Assembly (NCBI GenBank): GCA_036393095.1
Contig: DASVWS010000116.1
Location: 4,793-68,792 of the forward strand
Source of the DNA: Gemmatimonadaceae bacterium
GTDB taxonomy: Bacteria > Gemmatimonadota > Gemmatimonadetes > Gemmatimonadales > Gemmatimonadaceae
Direction: 5' to 3'
DNA: 64,000 nt
A program made the position numbers and the translations under genes. Below, in pieces: positions 31,713 to 40,767 of this stretch (position 1 is the stretch's first letter; each line of letters starts with the position of its first letter). The notes below the pieces were generated by a model. That model saw only the letters and a program-made list of their open reading frames with translations. It searched no databases and was not told where the DNA came from.

Positions 31713-32333
31713 GTGCCGGCTCCCCGTCCGATCGTCTTCGCGATCACCGGCGCGTCGGGCGCGCCGTACGCGCTGCGCCTGCTCGACCGGCTCGTGGCGG
31801 CGCGCCGCCCCGTGCAGCTCATCGTCTCCAGCCATGGGCTGCGGCTGCTGCGCACCGAGACGGCCGTGACCGGCCTCGACGACCTGCGCGCTGCCACGGG
31901 GGCGAAGGCGTGGGACCGGTACGTGACGGTGTACGACGACGCGGACCGCGGCGCGGCGCCGGCGTCGGGCTCGGCGCTCAACGCCGGCATGGTGATCTGT
32001 CCGTGCTCCATGGGCACCGTCTCGGCGGTGAGCGTGGGCGCGTCGCGGTCGCTGGTGGAACGCGCCGCCGACGTCGCGCTCAAGGAGCGGAGGCCGCTGG
32101 TGCTCGTCACGCGCGAGACGCCGCTCTCGGCGATCCATCTCGAGAACATGCTGCGGCTCACGCGGGCCGGCGCGGTGGTGATGCCGGCGGCGCCGGGATT
32201 CTACCACCGGCCCCAGCGCATCGACGATCTGGTGGATTTCATCGTGGCCCGCGTGCTCGACCACCTGAACGTGCCGCACGATCTGGTGAAGCGCTGGACG
32301 GGCGAACGGGCGAAGCGAGGATCGGGGCGTTGA
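31713..32333 (+). CDS. ubiX: Flavin prenyltransferase UbiX
   Basis: Distal part of ORF 31080..32333. IVFAITGASGAPYALRLL, MVICPCSMGT and RRPLVLVTRETPLS motifs. GTG start ~31713. Confidence 0.85.
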   Translation: MPAPRPIVFAITGASGAPYALRLLDRLVAARRPVQLIVSSHGLRLLRTETAVTGLDDLRAATGAKAWDRYVTVYDDADRGAAPASGSALNAGMVICPCSMGTVSAVSVGASRSLVERAADVALKERRPLVLVTRETPLSAIHLENMLRLTRAGAVVMPAAPGFYHRPQRIDDLVDFIVARVLDHLNVPHDLVKRWTGERAKRGSGR

Positions 32334-32809
32334 CGCCGCCGGTGCACCTCGTGGGGTTGATTGCCGACACCCACGGGCAGATGCGCCCCGAGGTGTACGC
32401 GGCGCTGGCCGGCGTGGAGGTGATCCTGCACGCCGGCGACGTCGGGGCGGGCGTGCTCGAAGAGCTGGAGACGATCGCGCCGGTGCGCGCGGTGTTCGGC
32501 AATACGGACCCCCCGGGCGATCCGGCGCTCGCGGCCGCGCTGGACCTCCCGTTCGGCAGCGTGCGCGTGCACGTGAGCCACGGCCACGAATTGGGGAGCC
32601 CGACGCCGGACCGGCTGCTGGCCGCCTCCGACGCCGACGTCGTGGTCTACGGACACACGCACCGCCCGCTGCTCGTGAAAGCAGACGGGCGGTGGGTGGT
32701 GAATCCAGGTGCAGCTGGGCCGCGGCGGTTCGACATCGAGCCGAGTGTCGCCCGCATGCGTATCTCAGGTCACGACATCCACATCGCGCACGTACCCCTC
32801 ATTCCCTGA
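32330..32809 (+). CDS. YfcE/MJ0936-like metallophosphoesterase
   Basis: Distal part of ORF 31910..32809. IADTHGQ, HAGDV, GNTD, SHGH and GHTH motifs. The TTG 32330 start overlaps the ubiX stop (GTG 32342 is an alternative). Confidence 0.7.
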   Translation: MTPPVHLVGLIADTHGQMRPEVYAALAGVEVILHAGDVGAGVLEELETIAPVRAVFGNTDPPGDPALAAALDLPFGSVRVHVSHGHELGSPTPDRLLAASDADVVVYGHTHRPLLVKADGRWVVNPGAAGPRRFDIEPSVARMRISGHDIHIAHVPLIP

Positions 32810-32821
32810 ATTCAGCCACCG

Positions 32822-33310
32822 TCACTTCGCCGTGATGGCGATCTTCTTGCCGCTGGCCTTGGCTTCCTTGGTCTTCGGCAGCGTGACCGTGAGTACTCCG
32901 TTCTCGAACGACGCCTTGATCTTGTCCTGATCCACCCCCGTCGGGAACGAGAACGACCGCTCGAAGGCGCCGTAGCTCCGCTCCCAGACGTAGTACTTCT
33001 TGTCCTTCTCCGTCTTCGTTTCGGCCTTCTCTCCCTTGATGGTGAGCATCCCGTCTTCGAAGTCGGCCGTCACGTCCTTGGAGACGAGGCCCGGCAGCTC
33101 GGCGGTGACGGTGAACTCATCCGGCGACTCGGCGATCTCGACCGCCGGGTTCCACCCCAGCGGCTGCACGAACGAGGGGAGGAGGGGTTCGAAGGCCGGC
33201 AGGTTGAATGCCTTGCGCAGCCGGTTCTGCATCTCGTCCAGGTCACGCGTGAGCGTCGAGACGAACGGGATCCGCGTGGTCGGGGCCCGTGTGACGTTGG
33301 TGTTCGGCAT
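32822..33310 (-). CDS. Hsp20/alpha-crystallin small heat-shock protein
   Basis: Distal 162 codons of ORF 32822..33649, starting MPNTNV. The alpha-crystallin domain is PAVEIAESPDEFTVTAELPGL...GVLTVTLPK. AGGAGG Shine-Dalgarno sequence lies upstream. Confidence 0.85.
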   Translation of the reverse strand: MPNTNVTRAPTTRIPFVSTLTRDLDEMQNRLRKAFNLPAFEPLLPSFVQPLGWNPAVEIAESPDEFTVTAELPGLVSKDVTADFEDGMLTIKGEKAETKTEKDKKYYVWERSYGAFERSFSFPTGVDQDKIKASFENGVLTVTLPKTKEAKASGKKIAITAK

Positions 33311-33387
33311 GGAAGCCTCCTGCTTGGTGCTGCGAGAAGTGAGCCTGCCGGATCCCAAACCGCGGTCCGGCCCGCCTCGGCGCGCGC

Positions 33388-33972
33388 TCATACCCGCCCT
33401 GGCGCGGGGTAGCGCGAGTGAGGCGCAAACACGTACGTGCGCCGGGTCAGGCGGTGGTCCGCGACCGCCGTCGCGATGTCGAGCGCACTGAGGATTCCGG
33501 CGAGATGGCCCGCGTCGAGGACGAGGAGCCGGTGAATCTCGGCCCGCCGCATGAAGTCGGCGGCCGTCTCGACGGTCGCATCGGGAGGAACGGAAAACAC
33601 GACGTGCGTCATCGCCTCGCTCACCGTGTGCTCCGAGAGCACGTCCCACTCGCGCCGGTCCACGTTCCGCATCCGCTCGACGATGTCGGCGACGTCTCCC
33701 GCGGCGGCATCGGAATAGAACGCGGCAACGGCTTCCAAATCGTCGTCGTCGCCCTCGATGTCGCGCGCCCGCTCGTCGGGTGGCACCCCGGGGGTGTTCG
33801 CGATGAAATCCACGATGTCGGAGACCGACAGGACACCCAGCACCGTACTGCCGCTGACCACCGGTGCGCCCGAGATGTGTGAACCGGAGAGACGTTCGGC
33901 GGCCTCGCGCAGGGTCAGATCGGGCCCCAGGGTAATGGGGTCTGCGGTCATGATCTCGCGGACCTTGAGCAT
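33388..33972 (-). CDS. CBS-pair (Bateman) domain protein
   Basis: Two CBS motifs (VREIMTADPITL...GAPVV..GVLSVSDI and VSEAMTHVVFSV...RLLVLD..GILSALDI) are separated by an acidic linker. Start at ATG 33972, preceded by GAGGAGGAAGGG. Confidence 0.7.
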   Translation of the reverse strand: MLKVREIMTADPITLGPDLTLREAAERLSGSHISGAPVVSGSTVLGVLSVSDIVDFIANTPGVPPDERARDIEGDDDDLEAVAAFYSDAAAGDVADIVERMRNVDRREWDVLSEHTVSEAMTHVVFSVPPDATVETAADFMRRAEIHRLLVLDAGHLAGILSALDIATAVADHRLTRRTYVFAPHSRYPAPGRV

Positions 33973-34076
33973 CCCTTCCTCCTCGATGCCGGACAACGTA
34001 CGGATCGAGGCGTCGCGCGTCTGTCGGCGAATCGGACCGGGTTTGTCCGGCGCGCGCCGACGCGGGACGTGCGGGA

Positions 34077-35126
34077 TTACCGGGCGGCCGGTTTCCGCGT
34101 GTGCGTCAATTCACCCGGCCGCGTGCGGAACCAGCTCGAGAGCAGCATCAGCTCGTCGATCTCGTGCGTCGGGATTCGCGCGCCGGCCGGCTCGGCGGTG
34201 CTGAACACCTGATCGGCCAGCGCAGCGAACGCGCGGCGCTCGCTACGCGTTCGCGGAGCCGGCGCCTCCCCGCGCACGCGGCCGCGGCGGATGAGATACA
34301 TGCGATCATCGCCGTCCACGCCCGCCACGCGATACACGAACGAGAGGGATTCGATCGCGAATCGCAGCCGCTCGAACTGCGCGCGCAGCGCCGCCAGCCG
34401 CGCCAGCTTGTCGCGCAGCGACGCGGCGCGTTCGAACTCCAGCCGCTCCGCGCTCGCCTCCATGTCGCGCTGCAGCGTCTCCAGCGGCCCGTCGCTCCGG
34501 CCGTCGAGGAAGGCCCGCGCGTGGCGCACCCGCTCGGCGTAGGCGGATGCCGTACAGGCGCCGGCGCACGGGCCGAGGCAGCGCCCGATCTCGAGCCGGA
34601 TGCATCCCGGCGTGCGCGCCGGCCCCGCGAACAGCTCCGCCTGGTCGGCGTACACGACGCGCTGCGTGAGGCGGCAGTCGCGGAGTCCGAGCACGTCGCT
34701 CAGCTCGCGGAGCGACTCCTCGAGACGGCGCGCGCCGTGAAACGGCCCGTAGTACACGGCGCTGTCATCGCCGCTGGGGCCGCGGACGGCGAGCAGCTTG
34801 GGCGCGGCGCCGCCGGTGAGCTTGATGAACGCGAAGTGCCGGGCGTCGCGCTTCATGGCGACGTTCAGCCGCGGGCGAAAGCGCTTGATGGCGCGCATCT
34901 CGGCGAGGAGCGACGCGAATTCGCTGGGCACGTAGTCCCACTCGATGGACGCGGCCTCCCGAACGATGCGGGCCGCCTTCTCCTCGGGAAACGCGGCGCG
35001 GAAGTAACTGAGCAGCCGCGTGCGCAGCCGCTTCGACTTCCCGACGTAGACCACTTCGCCGTCCTCGGCGATCATGCGGTAGACCCCCGGCCGGTCGGCG
35101 GCATTGGCGCGCACGTGCTCGCGCAT
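34077..35126 (-). CDS. UvrC-like GIY-YIG nuclease (short form, Cho-like)
   Basis: GIY-YIG motif PGVYRMIAEDGEVVYVGKSKRLRTRLLSYF and a UVR-like helix FERAASLRDKLARLAAL. No recognisable C-terminal UvrC endonuclease/HhH region. Start at ATG 35126; 35189 would overlap mutM. Confidence 0.6.
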   Translation of the reverse strand: MREHVRANAADRPGVYRMIAEDGEVVYVGKSKRLRTRLLSYFRAAFPEEKAARIVREAASIEWDYVPSEFASLLAEMRAIKRFRPRLNVAMKRDARHFAFIKLTGGAAPKLLAVRGPSGDDSAVYYGPFHGARRLEESLRELSDVLGLRDCRLTQRVVYADQAELFAGPARTPGCIRLEIGRCLGPCAGACTASAYAERVRHARAFLDGRSDGPLETLQRDMEASAERLEFERAASLRDKLARLAALRAQFERLRFAIESLSFVYRVAGVDGDDRMYLIRRGRVRGEAPAPRTRSERRAFAALADQVFSTAEPAGARIPTHEIDELMLLSSWFRTRPGELTHTRKPAAR

Positions 35127-35167
35127 GGTCCGGAGGCCGGACGGGGAGGTGCGCCGGGGCGCGAGCG

Positions 35168-35995
35168 CTAGTGCTGGCAGCGCGCACACAGGACCGTACT
35201 CCTTCCATCGATGGCGTGCGTGCCCACGAGGCGTGTCCCGCAGCGAGGGCAGGGGAGGCCGGCGCGCCCGTACACCGCGAGCTGCTCGGCGAATCCGCCG
35301 GCGCGGCCGCCGGCGTCGCGATAGTCGCGGAAGCTGGTGCCGCGCGCGTCGATCGATTCGCGCAGCACGGCGGTGAGCGCGCCGTGCAGCGACGCGGCCT
35401 CGCCGGGCGCGAGCGTGCGCGCGGCGCGGGAGGGATCGATCCCCGCCCGCCAGAGCGCTTCGTTCGCGTAGATGTTGCCGATGCCCGCAATGCGCCGCTG
35501 ATCCATGAGCACCTTCTTCACCGCCTGCCGGCTTCCCCGAAGAAGTCCCGATAGTTCACCCGGACCGAACTCCGGGTCAAGGGGCTCGGCGCCCAGGCCG
35601 CCGACGTAGCGGTCGAACCGTGCGGGCGCCATGAGCGCGACGGTGCCGAGGCGCCGGATGTCGCGATAGATGAGGGCGCGCCCGTCGTCGAGCGTGAACC
35701 GCACGGCGGCGTACTGGCGCTCCCGTTCGTCGAGCTGGCCGGTGTCGAGCAGCAACGCGCCGGTGAAGCGGGGCTGCACGACGAGGCGGTCGCCGGTGGA
35801 GAGGTCGAGCACGACGAGTTTGGCGCGGCGCCAGCAGCGCGCGATGCGCGCCCCGGTGACGCGGCGCCGGAGCGCCATGGCCCCGATCTCCCGCAACACG
35901 TCGGGATGGGGCACGCCCACGGCGGCAATGGTGGCTCCGGTCGCCAGCCGATCGAGTTCCCGGGCGATGGTCTCGGTTTCGGGAAGCTCAGGCAC
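35168..35995 (-). CDS. mutM: Formamidopyrimidine-DNA glycosylase
   Basis: MPELPETETIAREL N-terminus and a C-terminal zinc finger CPRCGTRL...CARCQ. Confidence 0.9.
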   Translation of the reverse strand: MPELPETETIARELDRLATGATIAAVGVPHPDVLREIGAMALRRRVTGARIARCWRRAKLVVLDLSTGDRLVVQPRFTGALLLDTGQLDERERQYAAVRFTLDDGRALIYRDIRRLGTVALMAPARFDRYVGGLGAEPLDPEFGPGELSGLLRGSRQAVKKVLMDQRRIAGIGNIYANEALWRAGIDPSRAARTLAPGEAASLHGALTAVLRESIDARGTSFRDYRDAGGRAGGFAEQLAVYGRAGLPCPRCGTRLVGTHAIDGRSTVLCARCQH

Positions 35996-37292
35996 CGCGG
36001 GCCCGTTCGCGCCACCCGATATCGTCGCGGTACTGCTTGCCGGCGAACCGCACCTGGCCCGCGACGTCGGCGCTCACACGCTGGGCGTCCGCGAAACTGG
36101 CGCCCAGTCCCGTGACGGCGAGAACGCGCCCGCCCGCGGTGACCAGTGCATTGCCTTCGCGCCGAGTGCCGGCGTGAAAGACGATCGCGTCGGGGCGGGA
36201 CGGGGGGAGCGTGATCGGATCGCCGCTGTGCGGACTGGCCGGATACCCGGCGGCGGCGAGCACCGTGGTCACCGCATAGCCGTGCCGGCGACAGGACGCG
36301 CCCGCCGGAATTCCCTCTCCCCGCGCGATCGAGAGCATCACGCCTGCCAGCGAGGGAGCGACGTCCGCCACGGGAAGGACCGCCTGCGTTTCGGGATCGC
36401 CGAACCGGCAGTTGAATTCGACGACCCTGGGACCGTCCGCGGTGATCATGAGGCCGGCGTACAGCAGGCCGGTGAAGGGACGGCCCCGATCGCGCATCGT
36501 CCGGAGCGTCGGACGCAGAATGTCGAATTCCACCTGGTGCAGCAGCTCGCGATCGTCGTGCGAAACCCGGCCCAACCGGGCGCCGAGCGAGACCGGCGCA
36601 TACGCGCCCATGCCACCCGTGTTGGGACCGCGGTCGCCGGCGAGCAGCCGCTTGTGGTCCTGCGCCGGCACGAGCGGGAGCACGGCCTCCCCGTCGGTGA
36701 GGGCGAGCACCGATACCTCCTCGCCCTCCATGAACTCTTCCACGAGCACCTGGTGCCCGCTCTCGCCGAAGACGTTGCCCACCAGCATCGACTCGATGGC
36801 GTCGTCGGCCTGCGCGATCGTCTCGCACACGATCACGCCCTTGCCGGCGGCGAGCCCCGACGCCTTGATCACGACGGGCGCGCCGAACTCGCGCGCGCAC
36901 GCCCTGGCTTCATCCACCGAAGTGAAGGTGCGGGCGGCGGCGGTGGGCACGCCGGCGTCGAGCATGATCTGCTTCGCGAAGGCCTTGGAGGTCTCGATCT
37001 CCGCGGCGGCCTGCGTCGGCCCGAACGCCGCGACGCCCGCGTCGCGCAACCGGTCCACGAGGCCTTCGGCCAGCGGCGCCTCGGGCCCCACGACCACCAG
37101 GTGGACGGCGCGCTCCACGGCCAGCTCGACGAGGCGGCCGATGTCCGTGGCCGCGACGGGCACGCACTCGGCGAGCTCGGCGATGCCCGGGTTGCCCGGC
37201 GCGGCGATGAGGTCGATGGATGGATCGTCCTGCTTGAACTTCCAGGCGAGGGCGTGCTCCCGGCCCCCGCCGCCCACCAGCAGCAGCTTCAT
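35988..37292 (-). CDS. purD: Phosphoribosylamine-glycine ligase
   Basis: 434 aa. MKLLLVGGGGREHALAWK N-terminus and ATP-grasp motifs. Confidence 0.9.
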   Translation of the reverse strand: MKLLLVGGGGREHALAWKFKQDDPSIDLIAAPGNPGIAELAECVPVAATDIGRLVELAVERAVHLVVVGPEAPLAEGLVDRLRDAGVAAFGPTQAAAEIETSKAFAKQIMLDAGVPTAAARTFTSVDEARACAREFGAPVVIKASGLAAGKGVIVCETIAQADDAIESMLVGNVFGESGHQVLVEEFMEGEEVSVLALTDGEAVLPLVPAQDHKRLLAGDRGPNTGGMGAYAPVSLGARLGRVSHDDRELLHQVEFDILRPTLRTMRDRGRPFTGLLYAGLMITADGPRVVEFNCRFGDPETQAVLPVADVAPSLAGVMLSIARGEGIPAGASCRRHGYAVTTVLAAAGYPASPHSGDPITLPPSRPDAIVFHAGTRREGNALVTAGGRVLAVTGLGASFADAQRVSADVAGQVRFAGKQYRDDIGWRERARGA

Positions 37293-38260
37293 CTCGATCC
37301 GCGCCAGGCTTCGTTGAATGCGTCCTTCGCCCGCGAGAAGACGTCACCCACCTGGCGGAAGGCGGAGCGCGTCTGGTCGCCGTAGTAACCCGCGGCCTCG
37401 GCGAAGTCCTCGCTGAGCGGGCGATCCTCGGCGCCGCGCCGCTGGTACGTGCCGCCGACGATCGCGTCGTAGGCGCCGCTCCGGTGCCACTGGAGCAGCT
37501 CCGAGGCGCGGACGGTGTTGAACGGGTGATCGCGGAATGCCGTGTTGAGCACCTTGAACACCGTGTCCCAGGCGTTGCCGCCGGTTTCATACTCTTCCGC
37601 CTGGCGCATGAACTCCTCGAGACTGGCTTCGTCGCCGGCCGGGGCGTTGCCGCCGGCGAGCTTCATGAAGCCCCGCATGGCGACATCCAGGTCCTGCGTG
37701 CCGAGGAGCCCGGCGCGGTCGGACGACAGCTCGCTCTTGCGGTACCACTCGAGGAGCGCGAGCTGGAAGGGGAGCAGCGCGACGCCGGCGAGGAAGGGCA
37801 GGTTGTTGATGCCCACCGTGAGGATGATGATGGCGATCGTGCGGTAGGTGGTGTGCCCGCTCATGATGTGGCCCAGCTCGTGCGCGAGGATGAAGCGCTG
37901 CTCCTCGTCGTCGAGCATTCCGAGCGTGGCCGAATTGATGACGACGAACGGATCGTCGAAGCCGACGGCTCCCGCATTCACGAACGGCGTCTGCGTGACG
38001 TAGAGCTGCGGCCGCGTGGGCCAGTCGAGGGTCTCGAGCACCTCGGTCCACATGGCGTTGAGCCTGGGCCGCTGGTGTTCCGACACCCGGACCGCGTTGG
38101 CCAGGAAGAGCTGGCGGATGCCGCGCTCGCCGAAGAACGAGGCCACCTTGCGCACGACTTCGTCGAAGCCGGGGATGGAGCGCAGCGTGTTGAGCGCGGC
38201 CCGGTCGGCGGGGTGTTCCCAGGCGCGCGAGGAGATTTGAAGCAGCGGAGTGCGTGGCAT
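37289..38260 (-). CDS. M48-family zinc metallopeptidase
   Basis: HELGHIMSGH (HExxH) followed by hydrophobic helices. 4-nt overlap with the purD start. Confidence 0.7.
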   Translation of the reverse strand: MPRTPLLQISSRAWEHPADRAALNTLRSIPGFDEVVRKVASFFGERGIRQLFLANAVRVSEHQRPRLNAMWTEVLETLDWPTRPQLYVTQTPFVNAGAVGFDDPFVVINSATLGMLDDEEQRFILAHELGHIMSGHTTYRTIAIIILTVGINNLPFLAGVALLPFQLALLEWYRKSELSSDRAGLLGTQDLDVAMRGFMKLAGGNAPAGDEASLEEFMRQAEEYETGGNAWDTVFKVLNTAFRDHPFNTVRASELLQWHRSGAYDAIVGGTYQRRGAEDRPLSEDFAEAAGYYGDQTRSAFRQVGDVFSRAKDAFNEAWRGSR

Positions 38261-38353
38261 AGGTCAGACGCGGAAGAAGGAGAGCCGAAAGAGGGGGTGG
38301 CCGGGAGGCGCGCCCTCTCGCGAAGATCGTCCTCAGCCCCTACGGGGCACCTA

Positions 38354-39586
38354 TCACGCGGGTGTCGCGGCGGCGGACCTGGCCGCGCGCCCGCGCGCGG
38401 CGTTTCCGGCGCGTTCGGGCAAACCCTCGAATGCGCGCTCGAGATCGGCCAGCAGGTCGCCCACGTCCTCGACCCCGCACGAGAGCCGGATGAGCCCGTC
38501 GGTGATGCCGAGGGCAGCCCGCCGCTCCGGTTCCACCGAGGCGTGGGTCATCGACGCCGGGTGGCTGATGAGCGACTCCACGCCGCCCAGCGACTCGGCA
38601 AGGGAGAACAGGCGGACGCGTCCGAGCACGTGCGCGGCGCGCTCGTGCGTGCCCATCTCCACGCTCATCATGCCGCCGAAGCCCGTCATCTGGCGCTTGG
38701 CCAGCTCGTGCTGCGGGTGCGTGGGCAGGCCGATGTAGTTCACCTGCTCGGGGCCAAGCTGCTCGGCGAGCCAGCCGGCGACGGCGCGTCCGTTGGCATC
38801 GTGGCGCGGCATGCGCAGGTGCAGGGTCTTGGTGCCGCGCAGGGCGAGCCAGCAGTCGAGCGGGCCGGGCACGGCGCCGGCGGCGTTCTGGATGAAGTTG
38901 AGCCGGTCGGCCAGCGCATCGTCGTTGCACAGGGCAATGCCACCCACCATGTCGCTGTGGCCGTTCAGGTACTTCGTCGTTGAATGGAAGACGATGTCGG
39001 CGCCGAGCCTGAACGGCTGCTGGAAGAAGGGCGACGCGAAGGTGTTGTCGACGATCATCAACGCACCGGCCTTGCGGGCGATCTGTCCGACCGCCGCGAG
39101 GTCGGTGAGACGCATCAGCGGGTTGGTGGGGGTTTCCACCACGATGGCGCGGGTGGACGGCGTCATCGCGTCGGCGACCCGCTGCGGATCGCGAGTGTCG
39201 ACGTAGCTGAACCTGAGCCCCATGGGCTGGAGGATCTTGTCGAACAGGCGGAAGGTGCCGCCGTACACATTCTCGCCGCAGACGATGTGGTCGCCTTCGC
39301 GGAACAGCTTCATGATCGAGTCCACGCATCCCAGTCCGCTGGAGAAGGCGAATCCGTGGCGGGCGCCTTCGAGCGAGGCAACGTTCCGTTCGAGCGCTTC
39401 ACGCGTGGGGTTCTTGCCCCGCGCATATTCGTAGCCCTTATTCTGTCCGAGGGCATCCTGTACGTAGGTGGACGTCAGGTAGACGGGCGTCATGATGGCG
39501 CCCGCCAGCGGTTCCGGCCGTTGGCCAGCGTGGATTGCGCGGGTGGCAAACCCGGCCGTGAGGTCGTCGTCGAAGGCGCGCGTCAT
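38354..39586 (-). CDS. PLP-dependent trans-sulfuration enzyme (cystathionine gamma-synthase/beta-lyase family)
   Basis: 410 aa. PLP-lysine motif FHSTTKYLNGHSDMVGG. Exact specificity cannot be called from sequence alone. Confidence 0.8.
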   Translation of the reverse strand: MTRAFDDDLTAGFATRAIHAGQRPEPLAGAIMTPVYLTSTYVQDALGQNKGYEYARGKNPTREALERNVASLEGARHGFAFSSGLGCVDSIMKLFREGDHIVCGENVYGGTFRLFDKILQPMGLRFSYVDTRDPQRVADAMTPSTRAIVVETPTNPLMRLTDLAAVGQIARKAGALMIVDNTFASPFFQQPFRLGADIVFHSTTKYLNGHSDMVGGIALCNDDALADRLNFIQNAAGAVPGPLDCWLALRGTKTLHLRMPRHDANGRAVAGWLAEQLGPEQVNYIGLPTHPQHELAKRQMTGFGGMMSVEMGTHERAAHVLGRVRLFSLAESLGGVESLISHPASMTHASVEPERRAALGITDGLIRLSCGVEDVGDLLADLERAFEGLPERAGNAARGRAARSAAATPA

Positions 39587-39678
39587 GCCGATACTCGAAG
39601 AGTGGGTGGAGTATGCAAGATAACGGTGCTTCGCGGACCCGGCGAGCCGAGAGCGCCGCCGGCGGGCGGGGAGACGAA

Positions 39679-40743
39679 ATGACCGGTGCCGGACGCGCGT
39701 CGTGCCTGATCGTCGACGACGAAGCGCCGCTTCGCCAGGTGCTCGTGCACCTGATGCGGGGCGACGGATTCGCGTGCGGCGAGGCGGGCAACGGGCGCGA
39801 AGCCCTGGAGTACCTCGCGGCGCACCCGGTGACGCTCGTGATCTCGGACCTCCGGATGCCCGAGATGGACGGCGTGGAGCTGCTGCGTGAAATCCGCGCG
39901 CGCTATCCGGACACCGCGGTGATGCTCCTGACGGCCGTGGCCGACGTGGACATGGCCGTCAAGTGCCTGGCCATGGGCGCGATGGACTACCTGACGAAGC
40001 CGTTCCATCTGCAGGAGGTGCGGGCGCGCGTGCAGAAAGCGCTGGAGCGGCGCAGTCTCGTGATCGAGAACCGCGACTACCAGGGGCGGCTGGAAGAGCG
40101 CGTGCAGGCGCAGGCCCGCCAGCTCGAGGCGCTCTTCCTCACCGGCATCCAGTCGCTCGCCGAAGCGCTCGAGGTGAAGGATCCGTACACGCGCGGCCAC
40201 TCGATGCGCGTGAGCCACTACGCGAGCGTCATCGCCCGCACGCTGCAGCTCGGCGACGACATGATCTATCAGATCGAGCTCGGGGGCCACGTGCACGACC
40301 TCGGAAAGATCGGCGTGCGCGAAGCGGTGCTGAACAAGCGCGGCCGTCTCACGCCGGAAGAGTACGAGCACATCATGATCCATCCGGTGGTCGGTTGGCG
40401 CATTCTCGCGCCGCTGCTCGGCGACGCGCCGGTGGCGCTGAACATCGTGCGGTCGCACCACGAGCGCCTGGACGGCAGCGGCGTGCCCGACCGGCTGAGC
40501 GGGCGGGCGATTCCCCTGGAAGCGCGCATCGCCGCGGCGGCCGACGCCATCGACGCCATGACCAGCGGCCGGCCCTACCGCAAAGCGGAGCTCACGCTCG
40601 ACGGCGCGGTGGCCGAGCTGCGCAGCAACGTCGGCAACCAGTTCGACGCGGACGTGGTGGATGCCGTCGCCCAGGCCGTGGCGTCGGGCGTGCTGACGCT
40701 GCTGGACCCGGGCGCGTCGACGCGCGCGATCGCTGCCCGCTGA
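39679..40743 (+). CDS. Response regulator with HD-GYP-type phosphodiesterase domain (GYP degenerated to GVP)
   Basis: REC domain (CLIVDDE, LVISDLRMPEMDG, LTKPF), then HD-GYP (GHSMRVSHY, HDLGKIGV, SHHERLDGSGVPDRL). Start at ATG 39679 (GGGGAG Shine-Dalgarno sequence); 39613 is possible. Confidence 0.75.
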   Translation: MTGAGRASCLIVDDEAPLRQVLVHLMRGDGFACGEAGNGREALEYLAAHPVTLVISDLRMPEMDGVELLREIRARYPDTAVMLLTAVADVDMAVKCLAMGAMDYLTKPFHLQEVRARVQKALERRSLVIENRDYQGRLEERVQAQARQLEALFLTGIQSLAEALEVKDPYTRGHSMRVSHYASVIARTLQLGDDMIYQIELGGHVHDLGKIGVREAVLNKRGRLTPEEYEHIMIHPVVGWRILAPLLGDAPVALNIVRSHHERLDGSGVPDRLSGRAIPLEARIAAAADAIDAMTSGRPYRKAELTLDGAVAELRSNVGNQFDADVVDAVAQAVASGVLTLLDPGASTRAIAAR

Positions 40744-40767
40744 CGGGCGGAGCGCCGCGCGAACGCG

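Noticed and set aside
33311-33387. RNA thermometer in the hsp20 leader (CUUCU pairing with the AGGAG Shine-Dalgarno sequence)
   Set aside because: Only about 5 complementary bases, with no extension of the helix. The support is too weak to call.
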